From contig NC_135263.1 of assembly GCF_964204865.1 (NCBI RefSeq), positions 9,486,001 through 9,550,000 on the forward strand: DNA of 64,000 nt. Reading direction: 5' to 3'. The notes under the pieces were generated by a model. That model was not told the origin of the DNA, made no database searches, and saw only the letters and a program-made list of their open reading frames with translations. Every line of letters begins with the position of its first letter. The stretch's first letter is position 1. The position numbers were made by a program, and so were the translations under genes. Below, piece after piece: positions 27,191-39,800 of this stretch. Source of the DNA: Styela clava (lineage: Eukaryota).

Positions 27191-29573
27191 TTTATTTCTC
27201 ACCGAAGGCCATTGCCAGATTGAAATGGCCCTGACCCAAAAATTGGGGCGGTATTGGGATGTGTTTTTTACGCTCGGCCAACTTTGGCAGTTTGGCGGGA
27301 AACGGTCGTCTGCCAAAGGGTTATAGCCTGGCAGGGACGTTTGTTTTTTGTTGTCGTTCTTGAAGAAGGAACTTCCACTACGTTAAACCAAAATATAAGC
27401 TGAAAATATGAAATATTGTGATTTTCATTTTGTAATATTTGTTAATTGAGTTATTTTGCGTAAATTTTTATATGAGCATTCATTTCCCACCAGCAATCCC
27501 CGAAGTGGGGAATTCCCCACCGGTTGGGAACCGCTGTGCTAGTTTCTAATTAATAACAGCTGCGATTTTGATAGACATTGATGTAAATTTGATAACCGGT
27601 CATAGTATTTTCTAAGTGATCATGGTGTAATTGAAATGAGGTCGTTACCCAGAAATTGTAGTTTGTCACACTGTTATATCTGTCATTCAGATGCTGATGA
27701 ACATTTTCTATGTGTCGCAATTAATTAAAGCAAAGAATAGACCGAAACTGATATAGCTGAGTCTGCAACAATATGGTCGACTGTTAGTTGTGATTATTAG
27801 CCTACTAGCAAAAAATAATGTGACCCAGTGTAAAACCAAATTATTTTTATAGCTATTAGAATTGATAAGATTGCACATAAATATGTCGGTAAATGAAATT
27901 TCATAAGGTGATCATCAGAAATGTATAAAAAAAAGAGTTGTTCATAACATGAGTTCTGATTTTATGAATTTTTCGTGTCGTGTTGATATATTTGATTTCT
28001 GCAAAAATATCCATAGAGGAATTTTAGAAAATGTTTCATTTACTGATTCAAGATAACATGGAACATTGTATCTCTAAAATCTGAACCGAAAACAAAATCT
28101 ATTGCAGGAAATGAGACTTGGGATTTATGATTATATTTATTACTACTTTATAAGTTGTGTACATGCATAATGATGGCCATAAGTCAGTAAGTAGACAGGA
28201 GTATCAAAGTGCTTTACAATTAGATGCTTTGCTATTGTACAGCTATTGTCACAAAATGTAGAAAAGGGTATAAGAATGAATATTGTGAATGTTTTTATTA
28301 TGAATGCTTTTGCTCAAAGAAATAATAGATGATGTTTTATAATTTATTGATAATGATAACATTGTAATGTATTCATTTACTAATTGTTGTTTTTGATTCT
28401 TACTCTAAACCTTTGTAAATTTATGATCTTTATATAATAACTTAAACACACACCTTATAATATTATCAGGATGGATAATGCAGTAATGTGCATCTTACTG
28501 GATTAACGTTTCATTGGAATGGATAATATTGATGCTAAATTCATGAAATATACGATCATGGGAATTACTATGTTCAGATGTTGGAGGTTGGAACTAATGT
28601 AACATGATGAATTTTCTTATATAGTGATTTAATACCTATGGTACCGTTTGACAAAGGATACAAGATGTCGGTGTGAAAAAGGGATCTGAGCAGCTGCACA
28701 AAATTACATTCAATTATTAACATAAACTCATTACTGATCGATGTTGAACAACAGAGCAAGAAATAGACAAACCGACTGCAGTGAATAAACTCTCATAGCA
28801 ATCCCCATGATTTGAGCGCTCTACTACCAGACCAGGAATAGATGCAACGCTTATATCAAGACTTGGTGATTTCCGGTAGATTTTATGAAATTCATGTGCA
28901 AAAATACAGTATCGCCAGCATATGCATTTTAAACAAGCCTAGTGATGACGATTCAGCTATTTATTGGATATTTCGTCTGTTACTCAAGCATTATCATGCA
29001 TTCTACTTTTTATTTATTTTGAGAAATAGTCAAAATCATATCAGCAAAGTTGTCAAAATAATCACATTGTTAGGGTGACAGGTACGGTACATTGTTTAAA
29101 ACAAAGCAATTTAAAATATAAAAAGTTTATCAGGTTGGTTAAGTTTTATTGTGAAAAGCGCAAGATTGTTATTCCTCCTGCAAATAATAGCCAGTGTGAC
29201 ACATTTGCAGAACAGCAATTACAAAATAGTGTTTATTTTCATTATGACTGGTATATTATGGTTTTAAAAGTTTTACAAATAGTGACTAATTGGGTAGATG
29301 ACAGCTGTTCAATGGTACAGTAGCAATTATCATAATTATTGATAAATGATCATGCTTTATGTGAATAATAAATGTGTGTTACTCATTCTTCAATAAATCA
29401 AGAAATTAAAAACTAATAATATCAGCACCCTGGTTTAGTTATAAAGGTTAGAGTGATGGAATATCATCCGAGTCTTGAATGCAGTTAGACTGTTGTTTGT
29501 GAGCTGGAAGAGTTTTGGTATGAAAAAAATAATAAGCAGTATTGGATTATAATTAGAACAAAGTACAGGAGAT

Positions 29574-30296
29574 ATGGCTAGTAGGCTGAAAACATGTTAC
29601 AGGAATGTTCTACCACCATCTTGCATTCCATTTACATCTGACAAAGGTAAAAAATATTTTAAGGAAGCTTTGCCAACGGGTCACATGAACTGCTACTTTG
29701 TGATCGGTTCTCAGTATAAAACACAAGAAGAACCTGGTGGTTATAGCGGTTTATCATCTCTTGTAATGGTTCTTAATGCATTTCATATTGACCCTGGAAT
29801 TGTTTGGAAATGGCCATTTCGTTGGTACCATGAGGATATGTTGCATTGCTGTACTCCTCTTGAGGAAATAAGGAAAAATGGCATTTCTATTGAGAACCTG
29901 CTGCGTTTGGCAAGATGTAATAACCTTGAAGGCCATGTTAAACGGTTTTCCGTTGAATCCAACATTGATGAATTTAGAGATGTAATCAAAAATGTAACAC
30001 TGAAAGAAGATGTAGCTATGATTTTATCATACAATCGTTCTACTCTTGGGCAGATAGGATCTGGCCATTTGTCACCAATTGGAGGCTACAATCCTATCGA
30101 AGACAAGGTTCTTATCTTGGATGTTGAAAGGTTTAAATATCCACCACATTGGGTTTGTTTGCATGATTTATGGAATGCCATTAAGAGCATAGATGAATCG
30201 ACAGGACTTCCTCATGGATATGTGAAACTGTGGAGGGCTGATACCATCATAGGGGAGAAATTATCCTGCAATTGTTTGGAAAGAAAGAAATTTTAA
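29574..30296 (+). CDS. Phytochelatin synthase-like protein, half-size (240 aa, catalytic domain only), catalytic Cys->Ser
   Basis: Intronless ORF with TQEEPGGYSGLSSLVMVLN, WKWPFRWYHEDML, SYNR, GSGHLSPIGGY and LDVERFKYPPHWV. Colinear with the N-terminal half of the downstream PCS. Confidence 0.88.
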   Translation: MASRLKTCYRNVLPPSCIPFTSDKGKKYFKEALPTGHMNCYFVIGSQYKTQEEPGGYSGLSSLVMVLNAFHIDPGIVWKWPFRWYHEDMLHCCTPLEEIRKNGISIENLLRLARCNNLEGHVKRFSVESNIDEFRDVIKNVTLKEDVAMILSYNRSTLGQIGSGHLSPIGGYNPIEDKVLILDVERFKYPPHWVCLHDLWNAIKSIDESTGLPHGYVKLWRADTIIGEKLSCNCLERKKF

Positions 30297-31238
30297 ACTG
30301 GATCTAGTAGATCTTAAACTATGAACATATTAGGTTTTTTGAAAATGAATTGAATAATTAGATTAGAGAGTCTAATTATTCAAACCTTTATTAAATGTTA
30401 GAAATTTCATTGAAAGTCTGGTTACCTTGCCTTGTTCATGTGTAACCTACAACCTCACTTTTGCATTTTATTATATTTATCAATTTTTATAAGAATCTAT
30501 TAATATGCGGGTTCGTACATAATTAGGTCATGATAAGTTATGGAACATAATATATTTCATCTTGTATGCTATTGTATATGACTGGGTGATTTGTAGTTTT
30601 TCAAATCTTGCCTTTCTGTTCTCAATGTTTTTATTATTATTTCCACCTCTGGTAAATATTTACAAGTTTCTGACACCAAACTGTTAATTGCAGTTCTTAC
30701 TACCTCAATCGAAAAATTTTAAAAAGCTAAATAATACAACAGCAATAAGAATTATTGATATTGGAAATGTGACTTGAAAATATCAGCAAGTGTTTCATGT
30801 GAATTTCCCAAGGATATTCTAAGTTATTTTTATACACTTCTGTAATGCCCAATTTAACTCTTAACTCAATCATAACTGTTATTTCCTATTCATGTCAACT
30901 AATCCGAACATTGTTCATGAATTAGATTCTAGCACGAAAATTCTACTTCCCTATTTATAATACACCAGGTGTTGACCTCTGTATTATTTGTATATATGTT
31001 TTCTGTTATAAGAGTTTGTAGTGGAGTGTGTAATGATTGACGAGTCGACATATGCCATTCTTGCATCATTTTTTATAATAACTGTTATTAAATTATTCAA
31101 AGTTATCGATTTCATTTATTCTATTTTTTAGGAAAATTTGAATTTGTTTCTAACTATAGTTGATACATATTCATGTAACTATGCTGAATAAAATAACATT
31201 TGCATGTGGCCAAGGTTGAACAGCCTGTGGTTTGAACT

Positions 31239-32663
31239 ATGATGGCTGCTACTGCGAAGAAAACATTTTACAGGCGAGTTTTGCCTGACATCTGTACCGC
31301 ATTTGCATCTGAAAGAGGCAAGCAATTGTTCAAAACTGCTCTTGCCACTGAGCACATGAACTGTTACTTTCCACTTGCTAGTCAGTTCAGAACACAAGAA
31401 GAACCAGCATACTGTGGTCTCTCATCTCTTGTCATGGTTCTTAATTCTCTTGCAGTCGATCCAGGTGTGGTTTGGAAAGGGGTTTTCCGTTGGTATCATG
31501 AAGACATGCTTGATTGTTGTTCTCCCCTAGAAGAAATTAGGAAAATAGGTGTTCCTATGGACAACCTGATGTGTTTGGCACTGTGTAATCAACTTGACGG
31601 GGAACTAAAACGGGTGTCTGACACTATGAATATTTCAGAATTCAGAGAGGATGTGAAAAATGCCACAAAAAGCACCAAAATAGCTATCATAGTATCATAT
31701 GGAAGAGGGGTTTTAGGTCAAACTGGCACAGGACATTTCTCTCCTATTGGTGGATACAATTCACAGGAAGATATGGTACTTGTTATGGATGTGGCAAGAT
31801 TCAAGTATCCTCCATATTGGGTTCCTTTGACAAAATTATGGGAAGCTATGCTGACTAGAGATGTAGAGACAGGACTTTATCGTGGATACATGGTTCTATG
31901 GAGGGCTGATGAAGGAGATATATCCAGCCAACCACTGTTAATTTTCAAAATTGCCCAAGGCCTGAATGCCTTTAAACCGATACTTAGAGGCTCTGGCAGT
32001 TTCTTTTTAAAAATCAAGTCATTTCTCATGGAGAGAGTAAAAGAACAAAATGACAAAGATATTCTGCGAATGATTATCACAACTTTGCTTGATCAGTCAT
32101 ACAAGCATACAGAGAGTAATGATGCAAGAGATTCTCCGAACCTTTTGTCAGTGCGAGCCACTGATGACGAAATAAAAAACTCATTTCCCAATCATGCTAA
32201 GGCAATAGGTAAGTTGATCGGGGCAATTAATGAAACACCTTTATATAAAAAAATTGTGCAGCTTTTCCCAAAAGGAATTTGTTGCAGGCAAGCGTTATTC
32301 ATAACCGAAAATGGAGAAGATATGGATGACTATTGCCAAAATAATGATTGTGTTATATGCTTGCCTCATTTTTTGACAGTATTTCTGTTATCTTTTCCGA
32401 CGGACGATGTAACACGTTACGAGGGTTGTAGCAAGAATTCAACAAAGAATACGAATGTTGTGGAAGGAACCTATCATGCCTTTTTGAAAAAAATGATCAA
32501 TTCACAACTGGTGGATGGTGGCTGTGGTTTGTGTGGAAATGTGACAAAAGAACAGGAAGAAGGTCATGTATTATTAGTCAACGAAATTACCCAACTGAGA
32601 AGACAGTTTGCTGCTCTGATTAATTTGGAGTTGCAATCAAATAAGTCCAGCCATGGATCATAG
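31239..32663 (+). CDS. PCS: Phytochelatin synthase (glutathione gamma-glutamylcysteinyltransferase), full length, 474 aa
   Basis: Intronless ORF with TQEEPAYCGL (Cys59), GTGHFSPIGGY (His) and MDVARFKYPPYWV (Asp). The C-terminal domain is Cys-rich (ICC, YCQNNDCVIC, GCGLCG) and ends in NEITQLRRQF. Confidence 0.95.
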   Translation: MMAATAKKTFYRRVLPDICTAFASERGKQLFKTALATEHMNCYFPLASQFRTQEEPAYCGLSSLVMVLNSLAVDPGVVWKGVFRWYHEDMLDCCSPLEEIRKIGVPMDNLMCLALCNQLDGELKRVSDTMNISEFREDVKNATKSTKIAIIVSYGRGVLGQTGTGHFSPIGGYNSQEDMVLVMDVARFKYPPYWVPLTKLWEAMLTRDVETGLYRGYMVLWRADEGDISSQPLLIFKIAQGLNAFKPILRGSGSFFLKIKSFLMERVKEQNDKDILRMIITTLLDQSYKHTESNDARDSPNLLSVRATDDEIKNSFPNHAKAIGKLIGAINETPLYKKIVQLFPKGICCRQALFITENGEDMDDYCQNNDCVICLPHFLTVFLLSFPTDDVTRYEGCSKNSTKNTNVVEGTYHAFLKKMINSQLVDGGCGLCGNVTKEQEEGHVLLVNEITQLRRQFAALINLELQSNKSSHGS

Positions 32664-33879
32664 TGCTGTTTCCTGCAGGAGTTTTTTAGGATAAATGGTG
32701 CAGTTTGCCTTCAAGGCATTTTTTTACATAAATAATCAAACACTTTTGATTCATGTCTTTATAAATAGATTTAGAATATGCAAAAAAGCACATCTTTGCT
32801 GTGCTATTTTCTTATTTTTATCTTTTGACTGTAAGCCTTGGGCGTTTTAATTAACACATCAATTTTTTTAACAATCATCCATACATATAATATAAAGTTC
32901 TATGAAAATGGCATTGTGATCAATTGCCGGACGTGCAATACTCCCGTAACACTTTCAGGTCAGCGCATTCCATCATGATGCGCCATACCACTCAACTTAC
33001 AACTTTTTATTGAGGGAAGTGTTACCGGTATTTAAACATCCAATTTAATTCAACAGGCGCCTTCGTGATACTTATGGCGACCAGAATAAGCCGATATATT
33101 CAGCTTTTTAGACTGATCTAGAACAATTCGAACAGCAAAATAGTATACGGTGGGATGATCATGTTCGTGACATATGCGTATATATATTCAAAACGTTACT
33201 ATTGGATTTTCCGCTGACGCCATGATGTCTCAAAATCCGTACGTCACTCTGCGAAGGATAGATAAACATTTACCTATTTCACAATGAATAAATATAATCT
33301 TCAAGACGCTCCAATGATATGGCGAACTTGGCCTCTTGAACATCCGATAATCAACAATTTCATTTTGAGATACGCTCAGACGTCCACGGCGGAGGATACC
33401 ATGGCCGAAACGTAATCGACGGGGCCTTATTACGACAGCAGTAAACCCAGCATTATCCTCGCCCGTGATATTACTCCGCAGGTAGAAAAACTCGCTCTAA
33501 CGGAGTGTATCACATATAATAGTCCGACCAGAGCCATATATAGCCAGCTATTTTAAGCTTGACCTTGTTTTCAGACAAAGTTTTATTTCATTGGGGTTAT
33601 AGCGAGTCATTTCCACACGGGTGTGGGTTTTGAGCAATTTTTTAATTAGTAAAATACCTAATAGCCTTTTTCTTCCTATTTCGTTCAAATTTTCTGGATA
33701 TACTTGAACGGGAATAAATAATACTTGAATGAAAATATCAAAATCTAAATGGGCATGTCCTGGCGCTCCTCCGTATCTTGTGGTTAAAGAGTGTCAGGGG
33801 TGACTTTGAGCCAAATTGTTTGATATTCATAATGTCAGCGAGCGATTGTAAAATTATATTTAAAGCAAAATATAGAGGG

Positions 33880-36307
33880 TGGTAAGAGTCATAACAATAA
33901 ATTTCCACAACACATAAATAAACTTATAGAACATGTATAAGCAAAAAAGGCATTAGAATCAGTATCGACAACATTTCAGAACTACTAGCTGCCATATCTT
34001 CAAAACTTGATAGGTCATTGCCAGCTGCATTATTCGGCAATACTGTAACCAGTGCAATAAACAAATGTGCAACTGACCTCCAAATCGCACTTGGTATTTT
34101 TTGAAAACTTTAACTAGCCATATGAGGGACTACTATGTAGCATGCTCATATGATGAAATGCTACGTTTCAGAAAGTATACGGACATGTCCAGTTCACCTG
34201 TTTCATTGCTGTCACCAGAATTCCAGAACAACGAAAAATTTCACAATCGAGAGCGGAGGATATCGATTCCATGTTTTTTCGCGATGTTCTCACAGATGAA
34301 AGCCCGGAAAATGGGGTATATATGACCAACTTATGACGAGAACAGGGTAACAACCTGCAACCTAGAACAAATATTGTATATTTACCTCTATTGGACAGAA
34401 CCCCAACGGATCCGACTACGATTATGTTAGCAATGGTGAAGGCACAAAAAATCTTGGAAAATTGATCGAAAGTATGTTGTATTTACAGTAGAACAGCAGT
34501 TGTACCGAATAACATTACATGTAAAATGGGAAAACCAAAGACAATCCAACGATATGTATTTGAGACTTGATGGTATGCATCTGCTGATGAGTTTATGTGG
34601 TTGTATCTACAAAAAATGGCGCCCATGGCAAAGTCTAAAAATGCGCCCCCTTGATTGTTGTTTGGCAATTTATAATGACTATTATTGAATCGAGATACTT
34701 GTACGTTATTATTTGACTAAAAATACGAGTTTCAGTTATTTCTAATTTTGAATTATTTCATTGAAACGTTTTTAATATTGATACTTTTCGCCGTTTTTGC
34801 GCCCCTGTTCAAACGGCGCCCATGGCACGAGCCATGGCTGCCACACCCTAGATACGCCACTGTGTATTGGAACATTAATAGCCGAATCGTAGATGTACTT
34901 ACCGAAGCTTTTGGAGGTGTTCTGAAAATGTTGAGTGGGAAAAAGTTCCCACAAAATGTCAGGGCTTTGAGAATGCTTATAGCAACTAACACCCAAATGT
35001 ACCCCATTTCATGTTGAAATCATCAAAACAAAGTTGATTTTTCCCAAAATTCGAACAAAGACTTTCGTAGGAATCAAATTACACCAGTTTTAGGAACAGA
35101 ACATGTTCCACCCAGTCATTATCAAATTAAAATTTATATTCTCAAGACCTTTGGCACTGATTGAAATAATTATATCTAAGTTCCCATCCGTACGATGTAC
35201 ATAATTACCCTTATTTAGATAATAGGAGTTTTGTTTATAACGTGAATCACGAGCTCACGTTTACAGCATTTAATTAGATTTATGATCGACGTATAAATAC
35301 GACTCGATAGCTTTCAATGTTAAGCTAGTGTGGATGCAAACCATTGGAAACTAGTGTGGATAAATGTTTTTTCTGTGTGTTGTGGAAATTTACGAATAAA
35401 AACATATAGAGATTTTTAACGCATCTTCATTAACGTGGGCATTGAAGCTGAAGGGTGAACGGGCGACTGTCAGTTCTGAGACGATCTACGAAATAGCAAT
35501 ATACGGTGACAACACATTCATTTACCAATTATACATGCTATAAATGGAATTATATATGATGCTTGTCGAAGAATTACTACGACCTGTTCTCTCTAAGCAT
35601 GCAGTTCATGACACGGCTGAATCTCCAAGAGATATTGCTTACATTATCCGCAGAAAGTAGAATTGCAAAGATGTGGATTAATTGTCTTGTGAAACCAATG
35701 TTCGCAATTCTTAAGTATATTCGGGCTGAGCGGGAAGCAGACTGGTATCTCCACCTGCACTGTGTGGGGGAAATGGAGCCTATTTTCTTTGCAGTCAGTC
35801 AGTGCAATCACGTGAACTATGCCAGATACGCACTGTAGGCTACTATCTAAGATCAATGCACGAATTGCCTAGTGAAGTTTTGTAATTTCTCAAGAGACAG
35901 CACACGATGGATTGATTGTCATTGTCACTGGGGAACTTTTCACCCATTCTTTCATCAATGTGGGCGACTCTGTTCAGATTGGAGGAGCACAGATGGTTGC
36001 ATTCAAACGTATTTGGCCGGATGGATTCCACAACTCGATATCTGGTAAATAACCTTGACAACAACGCGGAGGCGCTTGGTAGAGGATTCGAAAGTCATTG
36101 ACACTGAGACTCCTTATGCTTCAGCCTTCAATGTTTGACGAATTTCGACGTATGAGATTTGCAAAAACAAAGGGAATCTTAAAAATATGGGTTGTCCCTT
36201 GGTCCTCAGGCGCTATTGGAAATTACGGTATATATATTAAATTGTTCTGTAGACACATCCATTTGTATTTGGAAAAATCTGATGTTTATTTAATTTTTGA
36301 TCGGTGA
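33880..36307 (+). pseudogene. Decayed DNA-transposon transposase remnant (possibly CMC/Chapaev-like), fragmented
   Basis: Fragments in different frames: CSYDEMLRFRK, FTVEQQLYRI, RLDGMHLLMS, LKMLSGKKFPQNVRALRML, IRAEREADWYLHL..HVNYARY, YLIFDR. Many stops and deletions, and an inserted MITE at ~34600-34862. The superfamily call is tentative. Confidence 0.55.
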
Positions 36308-36693
36308 GTATGTGAAATGTTCATTGCATACCGTAGAGCAGGGCTACTCAACTGGCGGAGTATTTTTTTTATTTTAGATCATTAGCCCCACTTTACAAGT
36401 TTCATTTTATAAAATACGTTTTATTGTTTTGAATATATATATATGAAAAGAACTATAACATCATAATAAACAATCTTGATTAGCTGATAATCATTAGCCG
36501 GTCGAGGAAGTGCGCGTTTAAAGATGCTGAAATATAATTTCTGGAAACACCGGACCCGAATAATTTTCAAGTTTTGTATGCGGATCTTCAGTGAAATTAG
36601 TTGAGTAGCCTGATGTAAAGTACGAAGTTAAAGAACAGTATATAATTTGGTGGTAAAATATGTGATAGGAGAGCATAGTCAGTAAGCAGCAAT

Positions 36694-36826
36694 TAGATAG
36701 GATTGACAGTCCATTTGTTACACTTTTATTAGTAAACAATGACGGAACTCAATAATAACTGAAAGGAAATAAAGAACAAGAGTTAACATTAAATCACACA
36801 CTGCACAGTCTACATAAATATTCACT
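36694..36826 (-). repeat. 3' LTR (133 bp)
   Basis: Near-identical to 41696-41827 and preceded on the element strand by the PPT (36827-36834). Confidence 0.93.
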
Positions 36827-36855
36827 CTCCCCCCAAGTCTTTTGTGCGCCGTTTC

Positions 36856-39800
36856 TTAGGAGTAGCGGGGTATGAAAGACTGAGTATATACAGTAAAATG
36901 TTCATATTTTTGAGGATAGTCTTTTTGCCATCTAGGAGCATTTCGAGCACGATTCGAACGTCGGGGCATCCATTCAGGTGACGTGTCAACATCTATGTCA
37001 GCGTCCGTAGGCCATGAAGGATATTCCACTCCTGCTTTTGTTGGCGGGCTGTTAGGATTTGTGACTTCAGCTTGTGTTTTGTGATCGTTGCCTTCGATCG
37101 GTTCGTCGTGTTCCCCCGATGGTGTGACGTCGTTTCCAAAAAGGCTCTTTCCTCGTGTATTGTCTTCGAGCAGGTGGGAGCTTATAGAGGATGTCGATGA
37201 CGCATCGCGGTTGAGGTCCAATAACGGGTGTGTATTTACGCAGATTTCTGTTACGAAGTGTCACTCTTCCGGATCCGTCGACTTTTACGGCGTATCGATC
37301 AAATGGCCTAACTTTAATTATCAGTCCCGTTTTGTCCCATTTTTTCGGTTCTGGGCCGATCTGATTTTGAATCCTTACGTGATCTCCCTTTTTGTGTGTT
37401 CCGACCATCTTTCTGCCGATCTCATATGCCGGTTACGAAGAGCTTCCTCTTTGGCTGCCAAAGTTTCACGCCAAGTGTTGTGCGGTTTATATCTTCCAAG
37501 AAGAATAGGATGAAGTCTTTAATTGCGCGCCCGAACACGCACATTGCTGGTGACATTTTGGTGTCCGGGTCCGGTGCGTTTCGGTATTGCAGGATGGCCC
37601 GCTGAAAGGAGTCTGTGTCCAGTTCGCCGTTAGGCCCAGTGTTGTTGCAAATAAGTCGTTTGACAGTTTTTACTCCGTCTTCTGCACGGCAGTTACTGTG
37701 TGGGAATGCCACCGATGATAGGCTGTGATGTAAGCCCCATTCTTTCAAAAACTTCTGTGTTGCAACGGAGGTGAATTCAGGTCCTCCGTCAGAAGCCAGT
37801 TCATCTGCAATACCAAATGTCACGAATGTTCGTCGTAGGCTGCTGATAAGTTCTGTCGCACCACCCGCACCACCCTTTCGACTATTGGCCAATTGGAGTA
37901 GCGATCAACGATAACTAGGTAATTGACACCTTTGTAGTGGAAAAAATCGGCACAAATGCATTGAATCGGATAAGATGGTGTATATGGAGATGTAGGCGGA
38001 GCGCATGGCTGTGATGGAGCCATGCGATTGCATTCTCGGCACTTGTTGCGTGTTGTTAAGATCGCTGCTGTAATTCCTGGCCAGAACACGGATGCTTCTG
38101 CCCTTGAGGTCATTGATGAAACTCCTTGGTGTGCGGCGTGAAGGGCACGTAGAACGTCTCCGCGTAACGTGGGGGGGGGGGGGGGTTGGGTGACGATTCG
38201 GTCTTTGTAAATTATCACCCCGTCCACAGTGTAGAGGTCGTTCCTGAATCTGTAATACTCTCGTAGCGGTGTTGGAAGTTCAGTTCGCTTATCTGGCATT
38301 CCCGACTCAATTATTTCGACTAATTTTTTGTTCATGTGATCGTCGCTAGCAGTGGCCAACTTTACCTTTTCCCATGTGACAGTTTGCAGAGCAGCAATTG
38401 ATGAAGCTGCTGCCTCCATGATTGAGGTCTCAAAAGTGCTCTTGTGATTCACGGTAGTGCGAACTTTCTCCATTAAGGTTGATGAAAAAATCGTAGAAAG
38501 CTGAGAGGTTTCGTTCACAATCGATGCAATGTCGTCTGTAAGATGCATCATCTCAGGTTGCCCTGTGGGATGTCGAGAACAGCCGTCAGCAGCTCGGTGT
38601 TTTACGCCTGGAATGTGGATCATGCGGAACTTGTATCTTAGGGTCTTTTCCTTGAGATTACGGAGGCGTGTATTTGATATTTTGTCGAGTGACCTGTCGC
38701 CAAAAATTTTTAACAGCGGTTTGTGGTCTACGGCAATCACAAGGTCATCGCAGCCCAATACGAAGTAAATATGTTTGTCCAAGGCATCGACTACTGCAAG
38801 AGCATCTCCCTCAATTGGGGCGTAGCGTGATTCTGCACTATGAGTGAATCGACTGCCGACTAAAGTTGTTTTCCATCCACTGGGACAGCAAAACGGCTTT
38901 GAGTTTATAAGGGAAGAGCAATGCTTCTGAAAAAGCCAATACCCGATGTCGTTCTTCGACCAGTCGGTGGCGAGGCATGTTGGCTTCGTTTTGCCGAAAA
39001 TCTTTACCCCTTCTTCGATCTCTTTTGCTATGGTAGTTTTTGACTCCTCAAATATACTGTTCAGGTCGTTGTCCCAAACGAATTATGATCCGGGTTTCAG
39101 CAGTTCGCGGAATGGCAGCATGCGTTTCGTCATGCTGAATGCGTAAGACACTTGGTTAATTAATGATGGCGTTTAGGAATTCCGAGCAGGGCAATTTCGA
39201 GCATTTTCCATTGTTATTTCAAACCCAGCAAATTCTACGGTATCTTCGGCAAACACGAACTTTTCCGGATTAAGTGTGATGCCATGTCTCCCACAAATAT
39301 CCAGCCATTTGGCGGCTTGAAAGAAGCTTTCTTCTATGCTGTCGGACCAAAGTAGGGTGTCGTCAATGCATTTTGTTTTATTTGGAACGTCAGCCACAAT
39401 TTCATCGAATCTACGCGAGTATCCGTCTCCTGAAGCAATGTAGCCTTGTGGTGCAGTGCGGTACCGGTAGCGGCCCCAGGTTGTGATGAAGGTAGTCAAG
39501 TGCCGGTCTTCCTCTCGTATATGTACACTCTAATACCCGTTCCACGCATCAAACATGGTCTTCTTTTTGCCGCTTGGGACTGAGCGTGCTTGATGGAATG
39601 GGGACTGCGTGTGGTGGGTCTCCCTGGTGACGTAGGCGTTCAAGGGTTGCAGATCCACTGTGCGACGTGGTTTCCCATTCTTTTTTGCACAGACTACCAT
39701 TCGGTGACACCAAGTGACTGGATCGCCAATAGGAACTGTTTCTATCACGCCAAGTCTGACATCCTGGTCGAGTCCAGCCTTCACTTCGTCCTGCCAGTGC

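Larger units (their letters stand above)
24595..27536. mobile_element. Non-autonomous hAT element, 2.9 kb, carrying nested insertions
   Basis: TIRs CAGTGGTTCCCAAC / GTTGGGAACCGCTG and a perfect 8-bp TSD TGCTAGTT (24587-24594 and 27537-27544). Confidence 0.88.

Noticed and set aside
38171-38185. G15 run encoding poly-Pro in pol
   Set aside because: Likely homopolymer slippage or sequencing error in a decaying element.
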